A stretch of 62,905 nucleotides of DNA, the filler included, from Intoshia linei (lineage: Eukaryota; Animalia; Orthonectida), in NCBI GenBank assembly GCA_001642005.1. It is 4 parts of 4 records of this genome, joined end to end, with 100 filler letters (N's around TTAATTAATTAA, not from the genome) between each part and the next. Parts side by side here need not be neighbours in the genome. Positions count along the whole stretch, not along the records: positions 7,655 to 38,931 come from LWCA01000341.1; 3 more parts are not named here. One strand, given 5' to 3'. The notes beneath the pieces were generated by a model. That model was not told where the DNA came from. It worked only from the letters and a program-made list of their open reading frames with translations, and did no database searches. Made by a program: the position numbers and the translations under genes. This document shows positions 11,160-24,882 of the stretch, piece by piece (position 1 is the stretch's first letter; each line of letters starts with the position of its first letter).

Positions 11160-14100
11160 ATGAACATTTTGAAGCAAATGTTCAGTGGCAAGTTTAATAT
11201 TTGCATTTTATGGATATTGTGGAGTGGTGTAAATTCAATACCTCTTCCAGATAAATACAATAAAGATTACCCTTCACCCTCAAATTCAAATCTAAACAAT
11301 TATTCATATGATAAAGTTGCTAGCCCAAACTTGAATTCAGATTCAGACTCAAATTGCACCGATTGTTTAAATCTTAAAATTTTAGAACAACACAGACTTT
11401 TAAAAATTAAAAGCGACATTTTGGCAAAATTAAATTTTGTTAATCCACCTGAAATGAATATCGATACAATCAACAAAATCATGTCTAGTCCATCCTATAA
11501 AACTCTCATTAAAAATGAAAATTATAGGTTTAGACGTAGTTATCATTCCAATTCATATGATGTTTACGAGAATGTAAAAACAGGCAACTTGAATAGTACA
11601 TCTTCAATTTATGACATTACTAAATCTGTTAATAGTGACGTTAAAGTTTCTATAAATTTTGAATACCCTCCAAAAATGAAAAAAATTATTTTATTTCTTA
11701 GAGATGGTAATTATTTGGCATCAATATTTTTACATTTAATATTTAGAAAAATATGATGCTGGTGAACAAAAACTTAATTTTGGTGTTTTTTACAAAAATA
11801 TAAAAAGTATGGTCATCACAAAGGCCGAAATGTACATCAAAGCAATTACTGAGATAGAAATACATGACTACATTTTTCTTGATGTTTATGTTTTGATTGC
11901 TTCGGATGATGTGACAAAAAAGCAGCAAGCAAAGTTTTTGCAGAGGCATAGGATTAATGTCGAAAATTTGGCCCATCCTAATAGTTGGATCAAACTTAAT
12001 ATTGCTAAATTGATGAATCATTGGAATAAGGAAACTAATTCGAAGAACTTTACTATTGCAATTACTGGACACGTGCATCAAGATAAATCGCTTTTTACTT
12101 TTGATTTGGATTCCGAAATGGTAAATAATATAATTATTAGGGGTGTGAACGAATTTTTATATCAAAAATGCACCCCTCCACCATATGAACATTTTGAAAA
12201 TATTCAATTTGCATCCAATCTTACCTATCAACTGTTAAAAAACCCTGGGGCATCGCTTCTAAAGTTTTAAACAATATATCGCTCACAGTAACTAATACAG
12301 TGGAATCCGCTTATAAGAGACGCATCGGGACCAAGCAATTTGTCCCTTATAACCGGATTCCACTGTATATGCTAGATCAATTTTTAGTGTAACTATTCTA
12401 TATTACTATAACAATTCTTCATAGAAACGCACAATCATAAAAATATTTATTTGGCTGTAAAATTTTAACGCACTTTTGTATACTGTTATATACTGTCCAC
12501 TATAAGCGGTCAATATCCTATCTGTGATTTATATACAAAACAAGCGTTTATTTCCGTTCCTAGCTTTTTGTCCCTTATAACCGGTGTCTCTTATAAGCGG
12601 ATTCCACTTATATGACAATTTTCTTAAAAATATTATTTTAAATATAAAATTTTTTATATAAATAACTATAAAGATGCGCAAAATTATCGTCTAGCGAATC
12701 ATGAACGCCTAATTGATAAAAAAACCGATTCCAATGAAAAAACTGAATAAATAAAAAAAAATATAAATTGAAAATTAATTTTTATGGAAATAATTATTAT
12801 TATGAAATTTACTATACAAAATAAATTAAATTTTGCTTATTATTCATATTTTGAAGTGCATGCTCCAGGGTTTTTTTTTAATCCTTTTTATATAATTGTG
12901 TATCATTCAACCCCATATTCCACGGGTGAAATTTTTGTATTTTCGCAAAAAAGTGAAAAATTCACACTCCTAATAATTATACAGTAGTGACATATTAATT
13001 GGGCCATATTAGGGAAAAGGTGGTCCGTGTTTAGAAACTTCTCCAGGTTGTTTTTAGGTTTTATATAGTTCTAAGATAGTGTTTCTCAAATGATACGCAG
13101 TCGGCAGCTGAATCTAATTTTTTTTAAATTTTTATTATTTATTTTAATTTAAAATTATAAAAATGTCTATACCATTTAAATTTAAATTTCGCCAAACTGA
13201 AATTCACTTTCGCCTAGCTGAATTTTATTTTTTCCCAATTGAAATTCATTTTCGCATTTAGAAAACCTACATTTTCTGATATTTATTATATTTGGATATA
13301 CAGTGAGGCCTCTCAATACCGCCAATTTTGGTATTTCAATATTTATGGCGGTATTATGATTATATCGTTATAGAAACGATTAAACAATAAACATTAAAAT
13401 AACGAAAAAACGATAATTCAAGTAACCAAAACAATATACCTGAATGAAATTAATATACTATATACTATATACCAGTGATGGCAGCCAACTAAAATTAGGT
13501 GTGTTAAATTTAATACTATTTTCAGAAATTTTTTTCTAGTGTGTTTTTATTAAAAAAATATTAGGTCAATCAAAGCCATTAATTAAGTCGAACAACTGGA
13601 TGATGGAAAATGAGTTAAAAAAATAATTTTTACATTTATTTAGATTTAAAAAATTGATTTTATCATGAATTTTTTCAATTTAGGGAAATATTTTTAATCT
13701 TTATTTTTTATATCACGATAGAATATTGATAGTTTATAGTCAAATGCCTTAATAATACTAAACATTACAACAAGTCTTCCCGTACACTTGAAATTTAAGG
13801 TTAAGTTCATTTAAATACACGGAAAGATCAGTAAAAAACATAAGACTAACAATCCAATCGTTATTATCTAATTGAGAGTTATCTTTATATTTTAAAAATG
13901 TTTTAATTTCTGATAAGCATTTTACAAAGCGCTTAAGAACTTTACCTCTACTGAGAATTTGATATTGCTGTACATAAGCAGTCCATTAGGTTAGGGCAGC
14001 AGTTTCTACACCTTTTATACATTTTACACGGACCACTAAAACGAAAATACTATGATAAATTTTAAAAATTACGTTATTATAAATTTAATAATAATAATAT

Positions 14101-14668
14101 TTATTGTATTTTAATTATTAAAAACACTTTACACGGACCGCTACATCTATTGAATTGACTGGTGCTGTCCCGCTGGTTTAGGGAATTTAATTTTTCTCAT
14201 TTACTCAACATATTTGTTGAGAATTTTTTCAATAATCTCACTTTTATTACAAAGAATATTCTTTTTTTATATTTTTGATTTTATTTTTAGAAACCCTATA
14301 TTAAATTAGAAATGAGAGAAGAAGATTCTCATCGAAACAAACGAAATACTGCTTTAATGTGTGACAAATCTTCCCGTGAACATCGCTGCTGTCGATACGA
14401 CATGAAAATTGATTTTGCTGAATTTGGTTGGCATTGGATATTATCCCCAAAAACGTTTAATGCCAATTACTGCCGAGGAAAATGCCCTTTTTTATATGAG
14501 AACAAGTATGCTCATTCAAATATTATTCAAAGAAAAATATCTAAAGTTAAACCATGTTGTAATCCCGTCAATTTGGCACCTCTACGAGTGACGTATATCA
14601 ATGAAGATCATAATGTTGTTGTTGAGGATGTTGCAGATATTATTGTTACAAGATGTGGTTGTGGTTAA
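11160..14668 (+). CDS. MSTN: Myostatin/GDF11 (myoglianin)-like TGF-beta family ligand, ~432 aa
   Basis: Phase-consistent exons 11160-11706, 11747-12120, 14291-14668. Signal peptide, CTDC, RLLKIKSDILAKL.F..PP prodomain and RNKR furin site. The 9-Cys mature domain CDKSSREHRCCRY..DFAEFGWHWILSPK..NYC..KYAH..PCC..RCGC is typical of GDF8/11. Confidence 0.9.
12138..12972. mobile_element. hAT-type non-autonomous element in TGF-beta intron 2
   Basis: TIRs TAGGGGTGTGAA...TTCACACTCCTA, flanked by a perfect 8-bp TSD ATAATTAT (12130-12137, 12973-12980). Confidence 0.8.
12298..12609. mobile_element. pogo/Tigger-like MITE nested inside the hAT element
   Basis: TA|CAGTGGAATCCGCTTATAAGAGAC ... GTCTCTTATAAGCGGATTCCACT. 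An extra right end ends at 12365 and is followed by TA. Confidence 0.75.
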
Positions 14669-14956
14669 CTAGAAAATATTAAATTAGCTAATTTCACCTA
14701 AATTTAATGTAAAATGTATAAAATATTTTGAATTCAATTTCTATTTGTATCAGGTCCGAAGCTATCATTATGTGTATCATTATCAGTATGAACTCGAGAT
14801 ATATACTATTTAGAATTTAATTAATATTTTATCAATCGGTATGTATTTGAAGATAGTATGACTTTGCCACTAATTTTAAATATTTATGTTTATAAAATAA
14901 ATGACGAAAATTCTGTAATAGGTTTTTTAAGAAAATTTATTATGAAAAAACTAATA

Positions 14957-17900
14957 TTAATTTTCTTCTACTATTTCTTCTGCAATTTCGGATTTTTCAG
15001 AGTTAAAATTTTCTCTACTCGGAGGTAAACCCAAATTTAATTTTTTGTGAACCAGGTTGACAATTTCTGCACTAATATATCGATCCACGTTTAATTTTGG
15101 ATAATTGAGCATGTCTTTATATATTGCATAGGCTTGTTTAAATTTGGAATGCTGGCATAAATGACAAATCATGCTACTATATATATCACCTATTCTCACA
15201 AATTCATTCATGTCATCAACTTGAAGCAAATGTTGCATATTTTTGATTCCTTCCATGTTTACTTCCTTTTTTGATGTATCGAGTAATATTTTTGATTTAA
15301 TAAATGATGCAATATATTCCATTTTTTGGACAACGTTTTGTAGCATTGTTTCAGCGTTGGAGTTTGAATTTAGTAAACACTCTTCGTATGTTTTTTTACT
15401 TTCGTTCAATGCATCATAAGCATTTTTATAATTTTTGAATTCATCAATTTCTACTTGGGCCCGTGAATCGTAATAGCGAGCTAATGATTCGTATGCATTT
15501 GCATTTGTATAAAAGGTAATTATTGATTTCATTGTTAATTCATCTTGACTGTTGTCTATTGTTTGAAGGTAATTTGCCGCCATTAACCAGACTTGTTTAT
15601 TTTTGGATCTCTTTGCATATGTAATTATTTTGTTTTTTTCACCTGTTCGAACTAATGATTTAAATGCTTTTTCTCTTTCACCAGCTAATGTAAATTGTGT
15701 AGCAGATAAATCGTAAAGTCCTAAACTATAAATATGAATTAATATATTAATAATAATAAATAAATTCAATAAAATTTAACATCAAAATGCCTCTATTCAC
15801 TATTGTAAATCCTGTAAAGGAATGGTTCAAAAACTTGTTTCCACACGAACCGGTCATTTCACATTATCTTTTAATTTAAAGTGAATTAATCACACTTAAT
15901 TTTATTTTGGTAACATTTTTGTAAAAAATTATAAAAACAATTTTGTGATCCCATTTTTTTAATTTATTAGAGGTGAATGAGTCAAAAATAAAGTCAAAAC
16001 TGCACAATCCTAAAAATTGTCATGAATAGCTTAAATTCCAGAAAAAATAAAATTGTGTACCGGTATTTTGTTTTTTAATGTGATGGTATATAATTAGTAT
16101 CTGCTTTCGATAAGTAAATTTTTTTGATAAGATGTATAAATTTATGTAAAATATAGAATTGATTTTCATAATTACCCTCGATTTTTAGAAAACTTTTCAA
16201 AAGTAAGTACAAAATTAGGTTTTAAAACATTTCAATGCAATTTTGATTTTTATGGCGACAGTTAATTTTACGAATATGTTAAAAATTTTAGAAACCGCGG
16301 ATAACCGAAATTTCTATAAAATATATAAACCTTGACTAAAAGCTAGTTCACCAATTTCATTCATAAATTTTTTCTTGTCTAACTGAGAAAGATTTTGATT
16401 TTTTACATTTAAAATTAATTTTTCTGCCAATTCATTATTAAGCCTAACATTATGGTTTTTACACAATTCAATTGCCTCATAATGTTGACCAGTTTTGGCC
16501 AATAAATCGACAGCTTTATCAAATTGCTGATTAGAAGTATAAAAATTAGCACACTGTTTAATCATATTTGCATCTGCTGCAGTAAAATCATAAGTCTTTA
16601 AAATTGACGTTAACAAGTCATACTGATTATTTCTAAGAGATAAATCTATAGATTTCGCAAAATGACCTGCTTTATTATAAAGAATAATTGCGCTTTTAAT
16701 CCCATCCGCTTTAGACGCAAAATAATGTGCAGATTGTATTTGATCCACATGTCTTGATTTAAGTGCAATAGTAAGCAATTTTTCATCAAATCCATTTTCC
16801 TTACAAATTCTCATGGCGGACCCATAAGCTGCAGCTTGTTCAAAAAACTTGACTGCCTTTTTCGGTTCATCACTTTTTTCATAAAATGAACCCATTTGAA
16901 AATCTACCAATCCGCTTTGTTGAGATTTGCACAATTTTTCAGCTTCTTCAATGTCTCCATTAAAACAATGAATTTTAACAATTGACACATAATCTTCTGC
17001 TTTTTCATAATATTCCAGTGCACTTTTTAAATCTCCTCTACTTTCACAATATAGGGCCCACCATTTGAAAAGTTTTTTATTGTTGCTAGATTTTATGTAA
17101 TTTTCGCATTCTTCGATATTGTCCATTAGTAATCGGGTAATTTCACGTTCGTAACAGTCTGCTTTTTCGTAATATAATATAGCTTTTTGTATATCTCCAA
17201 TATTTTCATAACTTTTTGCGCATTCAAAATAAACTGTCCGCAATCGTATTCGATCAAATTTTTTGGCTATGGCTATGCATTTATCCCATTCGTTTATTGA
17301 TTTGTAATATTCAATCAAAAGATCATATCGTGAAGCTTGGGTCAAGAATTTTACTACTTCTTTTTCCATGTTAAAATGCATTGCCAGTATACCGGCGATA
17401 ACGTTTGGGTTTTCGTTGTTTTTGATAGATTCATCCAAAGTCATGATAGCATACGGCATTACAAGTTTACTCAGACAAAGTCGTGCAATTTTAAAGCGTT
17501 TAGACTTGATACACAACTTTGCCATGTTTCTCCATGTACCAGAATTATTTACGCTTTTTATGGATTTTAAGGCATCTTCAATGTGTCCCGTAGTTAAGTT
17601 TACAACAAAATTGAGCATTGATTTGATGGAATCTTCATCTGTTTCATCTACGCCATAAAAATCGCTTAAAACATACTTTTTTAATGGCAGGTTTTCATTG
17701 TATTCTGTTTTAACGGCTGCGTAATGGATTTTTGAGGCATAATAAATGTTTGGTATATTGAGACCGATAGCACTGAAACAGTAATCATCAATGTGAGGTA
17801 CAATATCATAAAAAACAACATCTCCATTCTTCATAACAAAAAATATGGCACAAGAAACGTTTGCCACCAATTTTAACAAATTTTCGTCATACTGGGAGAT

Positions 17901-19679
17901 TGTCAGAATTAATACATTTTCGTTGGTTTCATCCCACAGAATATTGGTAACTTGTCCATTTTCCAACAATTTTACAAGATTATCGGTACATGAGTTTTTA
18001 TCAAGTTTTATGATATTAATATTGTGAGTAGAAACATTCCAAACATTAAGAGATTGACAATCTGTAAAAAAAGCAACAAAATTACCCCTCACATTGCATT
18101 TTGCGAGTAATATCGTACCATCAGTTTTAATGTGCTTAAAATTCTGAGTTATTTTCGCCTCTCTACAAGATAAATCCAAAATTGCAAATTTACAGTTATT
18201 AGATACCAAAATCATAAAATGAGAAAATACATTGACTATTGTAACGATTTCTGAATCACTCAGGTCAAGGGATAACGTTTGCTTTATTGTTGATTGTAAA
18301 TTTCTGACAACTATGACGTTATTTTTTTCAAAACTATACACACTATACTCATAAATAAATATGGGTTTATCAGACTGATTTTTCATGTCAAAATTACCTG
18401 ACGGCATTAATGTTTGTCGATGTTCATCATAGGAATAAATAACGCAGTATCTTTCATTCCACAAAACAACGTTATTTTTGTAATGTGAAAATCCACCTAC
18501 ATGTGTATCAGACTTTAAATAATGTTTTTTTTCATTTAAATAATCATATAATAGTAACGTTGTGGGCCCCGTTTGAATAACACTGGTGAAATGAAAATGA
18601 GCAGCGTCAATTAAATGTTCTTTTAAAATGTAAACATTTTCATGGGTATTAACGGCAATAGATTCATCAACATTGTTCCATACCAATTGACCAATGACAC
18701 CGTCAATTTGAGAAGAGGATATAAATTTCCAATTGTCATCATTCAATAACTTCCAAAAAAGGACGTGACCATCAGTTGTTCCTGCAGCAATAATTTTTTG
18801 ATTTTTCGAATAACAAACGCAACAAATTGTTTCATTATTATCCAAAATGTTTTCATCCATTACATTTAAAATTTTGTTTACATTTTTGTCAATATCATAT
18901 AATCTTATGGTTTTGTCTCCAGATAAAAATGCTAGGGTTGAAAATTGGCACATTATTATATCTGTGTTATCTGGATCCATTGATGATAATTTTATATTTT
19001 TAATTTCAACCAATTTATTCTGATCTAATTGCATTTTATATTTAATGATATTCAAGCTTTTGGTCAATATAATGAGACTGTCGTCATTTTCGCTTAATAA
19101 AATTTTTTTAAAGACACAATTCAATTTAGATAAATGAGTTATTTGATTTGTTTTGAATATGTAAATTTCGGATGTATTGGTTGCAATAATACTAGTTTTA
19201 CCATCTTCGTATGGTAATATTTGATAAAGTTGTTTATTCACGATATGTTCCTTTTCTAATACACATTTATAGTCATTTGTCAATTTCCATACTTTTATTT
19301 TCCCTAATGCATCATAACTGCAAAGTTTGAGATTGTCATATACAAAATGAACATAAATAATTTCTCCTTCGTTTCGGCTTTTACTAGTGTTTTCGTAATA
19401 TTTTACATTTTCTAAATCAATAATAACCAATTCGCCGTTATCCCATCCACTTATACACAATTCTTTTAATTTATGCCAACAAAAATGAGATAGACCGCAA
19501 TATTTTTTGATTATAACATCTTTGTACAATTCTCCATTTTTGTTGTAAAATGTTATTGATCCATTTTTTTCCACTAAATTACCTATTGATAGAATTTGTT
19601 TTGTGGGATGCCAAGATATGTCAGTATTCAATCCTTCTATACCAGAAGTGTTTATTAGATAATCATAGTATACATTCAT
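14957..19679 (-). CDS. IFT140: Intraflagellar transport protein 140 (WD40 + TPR), ~1370 aa
   Basis: Exons 19679-16331 and 15720-14957 with a 610-nt phase-1 intron, joining FSQ-G-LYDLSATQFTLAG. Motifs SWHP, WRNMAKLCIKSKR, DRIRLRTVY, KWWALYCESRG, MAANYLQ and AQVEIDEF match IFT140. Confidence 0.95.
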
Positions 19680-20615
19680 TTGTTGTTGTTTATTATCTTG
19701 ATTGGTTGGTTAGTCATTAGTTACATGAATTATTTGTTTACTTCGGTACCATGCTTCATTATCACAAATATATAACTGCATTTTGTTGTTAACTTCTTTC
19801 TATTAATATTCGTTATCTACATATTGGTTTCACATCTAATGATTCATATTTAAATCATTCAAAATTTTCAAATTAATCGAAGGGTTTATATAGAGGTCTA
19901 TTAAAAAAAATTGAAATACTTAAATCCAACCAATTTTAATAAAAATCACAATTTACCAACCCTAAAAGGAAAAATCCAGTTTTACTAACTATGACATGCG
20001 ATTCTAAAAAAGGTTCTCTTTTCATTTTGTGTATTGAATTAGATTGCTTTATACAACCATGAAATTCGATTTAGTTTACATAAAGTCAGTCGGTATGCTT
20101 ATCATGCTTTACTTCCTTGTTAATTTATTTCTTTAACTAGTGGGCCATAAATCCGTATTTTTGATAATCTACGTATTTGGCACTAATTCAGTAATCCAAT
20201 TAAAAAAATATAACCATGCCCAGAAAAGTGTTTTTCTCATCTTAATTTAATAGAAACTAAAATTTTTAATAATAAAACGAATACGAATTATACTTAACAC
20301 TTTAAGACTCGAGAACTGCATATGCTATTTTGGAATCTGAACTTCAAATTGACGCTAATTAGTAATTACTTAAGTCTTAAACAAAAAAACTTTTTACAAA
20401 CATATGAATTTTCTTTTACATTTTTCCAGGTCACTGTTGAAATTGTGGCATCATAAAAAATAAATTTAAAACAAAAAATGTCTGAGTGCAAAAGAATATA
20501 ACTTAAATAGACTATAAATCAACTTTGTATTTATATTCTAATAATTAAAAATATGTAAGACAATATTTAATTGTAATTATTTTTCTATTCTAAATTAAAT
20601 TACAATAGTCTAGAT

Positions 20616-21262
20616 CAAGGGTTCCCAAACTCATTTTGCCTACCATCCCCTTTTTAGCAATGTATTTTCTCAACGCCCCTCTAAAAAAATTTTCGACTAC
20701 GTTGTATATATATTTAAAAGTTTACTCATTGTGTGCAAAGTCGATATTTAATAATTAAAAAATAATATATTTATTACTGTCACTTTTATATCAGTGGATC
20801 CCAAACTTGCTATAAAAATATAACCTTACAACCAAAAAATTCATCAATTCTTCATTCTATCCATCTAAAATCGTTTTTTGGGTATACAGTGTTTTTATAT
20901 TTGTTTTTGCACTTTAAAAATTGTTTGAACAAAACTGTATTGTCTATAAATAAAGTACCAAAAAAAATATAAAACCACTTGTAAATAGAATATATAATTT
21001 ATTTTATAATAAAATTTTACAATGTTTCAAAAAAAAAAATGTTGTAAATGTGGGTAACTAATAATTAAGATGTTATAATAAAATAATCAATGAATATTGA
21101 CATGGAACTATATTATAAATTTGACACCGCATCAATTTTACTATAATGAAATATATTACAAAAAATTCTATTTATGTTTTTATAATCGTCCCCAGCTGAA
21201 AATCGCCCCCTAACTGAATTAATCGCCCCCTAGGGCGATATTCCCCACTTTGGGAACCCCTG
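20616..21262. mobile_element. hAT/Charlie-like MITE
   Basis: TIRs CAAGGGTTCCCAAA...TTTGGGAACCCCTG. The 8-bp TSD GTCTAGAT/GTTTAGAT is a Charlie-type NTCTAGAN target. A partial copy lies at ~5058-5120. Confidence 0.8.
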
Positions 21263-22390
21263 GTTTAGATTCCTGACTTCTATAATAATATTATAATACA
21301 GTGTAATACAATATAGTAGAAAATCTAAAATAGTATATTATAAAAATAAAATAAAAAAAACCAAATATATAGATGAATTTATCAATTAAAAAGGATCAAC
21401 TTCTGATACATATCGAGAATTAGTTCCTTTCTTAAATTTGAAATATTTCTGGAGCGATATTTTAAATTATTTAACTTTGAGAGATCGCTCAGTTACGTCC
21501 AATTTTGGTTGAGATGTATATTTGTGTTTATTAACATTATTTCTATGTGATGTAAGAAAAGAAATTTATTTTTTTCCCATTTAAGAAATTAATTAGTTCT
21601 TCGTACATTTTTTCCATGCATCAAACCAAATACTTTTATATTCAAATGTACAGTACTGTATTTACAAAAAAATTACATTATTTCAAACCTATGTTTTTAA
21701 AACCAAAAATATATGCCATTAATGCTAAATTAGAGCGGATGTTCTATCGTAATTTTATATTAACCGTTAAATAAGTTAAATTCATCAAAATATAAAATTT
21801 CGTGTTTGTTTGAAAACAATAAATGTTTGATCTGTTTGAAAGTCGTCAATGGATATAAACACAATTTGACTGTTTGATAAAATTACTGCATGCGGCCCGT
21901 CGCCTCTTCGTATATCTATATACATATTATATATATATATGTATGATTTATTATTAATACTAATAATATATTAATATATATGATATAATATTTAAATTAT
22001 TAAATATTCAAAAATAAATTGTTTGTCATCAGTATCAAACCTAAACTGCGAGAAAATAAAATTAAGAGATGTTAATGATACGATTAAAATCATGAATATT
22101 GTATAGCGATAATAAACAATTAATTTTAAATATTATAAAAAATCAATCTTGCACAGTGGATATAAAACCAAACACAAAAATATTTTTTTCCTAATTTCCA
22201 AGATAGAATTATCACAAAATAATGAAAAACTCGCCAATTTTACTCAGTAATCGACGATGATGATCTGGTTTATCTTCTGAATAATGTTTTCTACAATATA
22301 TTAAAGATTACTGTATACTATTAGGTTTAAGCTGTCCTTGAATATATTTTCAAATTTATCATATCTTTCAAAAATTAAAAGATTCTATCG

Positions 22391-22649
22391 TACGAGGGCG
22401 AGGGAAGCCAGCAATATATTTAAATTCGCCGAAGGGAGATTTTTTTAGGGGCGTCTCTTTTAATTTCATTTAAAGGTTGTTATACAATAGTTTTAAAATT
22501 TTTATTTTTTCGCAAAAATAAAAAAAATGATCAGCACAACACAAAAAAAAGAAAAATTAATTTTTCAGTTATTTTACAAAACTTTAATTAAAAATTTTTT
22601 TAATGTTAGGGTGCAACTGCACCTTCTGCACCCCTTGAATCCGCCCCTA
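22391..22649. mobile_element. Inverted partial copy of the 8301-8619 MITE
   Basis: Shares the GCAATATATTTAAATTCGCCGAAGG, GCGTCTCTTTTAAT and GGGTGCAAC..GCACCCC..GAATCCG ends in reverse complement. Confidence 0.65.
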
Positions 22650-23319
22650 GGACTTTTAATTTTATAATATTTCACCAATTTACTGTTTCTTAATTTTCCA
22701 TTAAATTGAAATCACGCATAATAACGAAAATTTTAGTTAAATGTAGATGAAAACTGTGGAAAACTAGTCGACAAATGAGTAGTGAACCAATCTAATAAAA
22801 ACAAAAAACTTATAAAAAATAGATTGAAGACATTTTTAAATATAGAACATAGTGAAAATTAACTAAAAAAATAAAGTAAAAAATTAAAAACATTATTTTC
22901 ATTCAATTTTTTAAAAAAAAAATTTAAAAAAAAACTGTGCTGGTGTTCTCGAGCTGGGTAAGTTCGGCTCTGCAATGAACATTTAAAATTTCTGAAATGG
23001 ATAGTTAACAATGTTGAACTATAGAAATATATAAGATATATATAATATAATGTGTATAAGCCTAATAGGGGTAGTTATAATCGTTTCCAAAGGTGATACT
23101 AGGAAAATTTTTATGACGCGTCCCGCAACATAATTGAGTTTGACATGGCTGTTTACAACGTGTAATTCACGAAAAGATTTAAATTGTACCTATTTCTAAT
23201 TCATATCTCTCTTACAAATTAAATAATTAAATATTAATAAATTTTTATATTTTCGTAATTGTAATTATGATTTTTATTTATCAGAAACCTAAATATACAT
23301 TAGGTAATTGATTAAGATA

Positions 23320-24882
23320 GGTTAACTGTGATATATCATTAGTAATAATTCATTACAATTAGTTGTATAATCAAAGATGTTACCTAAACGTGTATCATTT
23401 TAACTTCAAAAAACACTGATGTGTGACGTTAACTGCATGTGGCATACGGCGGTTTAAGGTCATAGTATTAATGAATTAAGTTGACAATAAATAATTTTAA
23501 TATTTGAATGATTGGTTAATTTAGTTAAAACAATTTCGAATATTCGCATTTCGATGCAGTTAAATTAATATTTTAAATTATTATTGATATTATAATATAT
23601 ACTATTACATATATATTTATTAATTAGACTAAATTTTAGTATAAAATATTTTATCAATTGTTTTATAGCTCGTGGATAAACGAAAAATAATATCCTTTAT
23701 TTTAACACTTTTCTTTAAGAGCTGGATCAATTGCCAATTTATCTGTTAAATACGCTGAAATGTGACAAGTAAGAATAAAAAATATATAACAGAATTTAAG
23801 CGTATTATTACATTAATACTAATATATTACTATTGTATTTAATACATTAATAATTTGCATTATGATTTCTGTTTCGAAATAGACAATTAAGGTTAACTGA
23901 TAAATACAGAATTTTATAAATATAATACAGATAAATATAAAATTTTACGGTAAAAATCGTGTGACTACAATGCTTGCTTATGTATGTTCAATAATAACTT
24001 TATAATAATATATATATAATATTAACATATGATATATAAACTATGTAATAAGGATGAAAACGTTGTGCATAAAAATATCTATACATACAATTTTGCAAAT
24101 GTAAACTTATAGATTTGTTAAAATTACGCAAATATATAAAATGTAAAGTTTAAAATGTTATAATTAAGATATTTTGACAATTATAATAAACACTTATTTT
24201 ATATTTCGAAATCTAAAGTTAGATAAATTAATATTAGCGAAACAACAACTATCTTTCCTTATTATTATTATATTATAATGTTTAATTATAATATTATGAT
24301 GTGACGCAAGGACGCTATGCAATATTTGCAAAGTTAGGTCTTTCATTAAAGCCAAAAAAAGTAATTTATGTTAAGGTAAAAATAATGAAATTATCATAAA
24401 ATTTATAATTATAATTTATTTTGATCTCATACAGTACTAAATGTAAGGGATATAATTGGTTAATCGTTAACAACAAATACATTTATTATTATTAACATGT
24501 AAATACACCAGAATCACGATTAATTTGGATTTGTACTGTTCATCATCATTAATAATACATTCTTACCTCTAAAAGTATTTATAATATACAATTTTAAGCA
24601 TATAAAGTTAGTAATCTGAAATATCATATTATTTAAATAATCGGCATCCAATATATCCATTTTTAGGGTAGCATTGCTCTATGGTATAATTTATTACCCA
24701 GCGATTATGGCGACGTATTAACTCAGCATGCAAAATGTCCAGTTTTGATGGGAAATAAATGGAGTATATTATCAAAATATATATTGAATTTAATTGAATA
24801 TATATATAATAATATATTTGTAGTATACAACAAATATATCCATCAACACGGCCAGGAATTTATACGAAAATGTCCAAAATAA
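23320..24882 (+). pseudogene. P4HA: Prolyl 4-hydroxylase alpha subunit (P4HA), catalytic-domain exons with in-frame stops
   Basis: Exons 23669-23768 SWINEK*YPLF*HFSLRAGSIANLSVKYAEM*Q; degenerate LHYDF at ~23855; 23931-23981 YGKNRVTTMLAY; 24292-24360 YYDVTQGRYAIFAKLGLSLKPKK; 24667-24763 GSIALWYNLLPSDYGDVLTQHAKCPVLMGNKW; 24824-24882 IYNKYIHQHGQEFIRKCPK*. Compare P4HA WYNL..GD..TRHAACPVLVGNKWVSNKWLHERGQEFRRPC. The 5' boundary is approximate. Confidence 0.8.

Noticed and set aside
17337-18027. Plus-strand ORFs inside IFT140 (also the antisense ORFs over innexin, Rho, SLC35E2, GPAA1 and the 52-54 kb gene)
   Set aside because: These are antisense shadows of real coding exons with no independent motifs.
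23669-23768. Alternative genetic code (TAA/TGA as sense) to explain the P4HA stops
   Set aside because: Neighbouring genes terminate normally at TAA/TGA and long ORFs such as IFT140 have no internal stops. The P4HA locus also has splice and motif decay.
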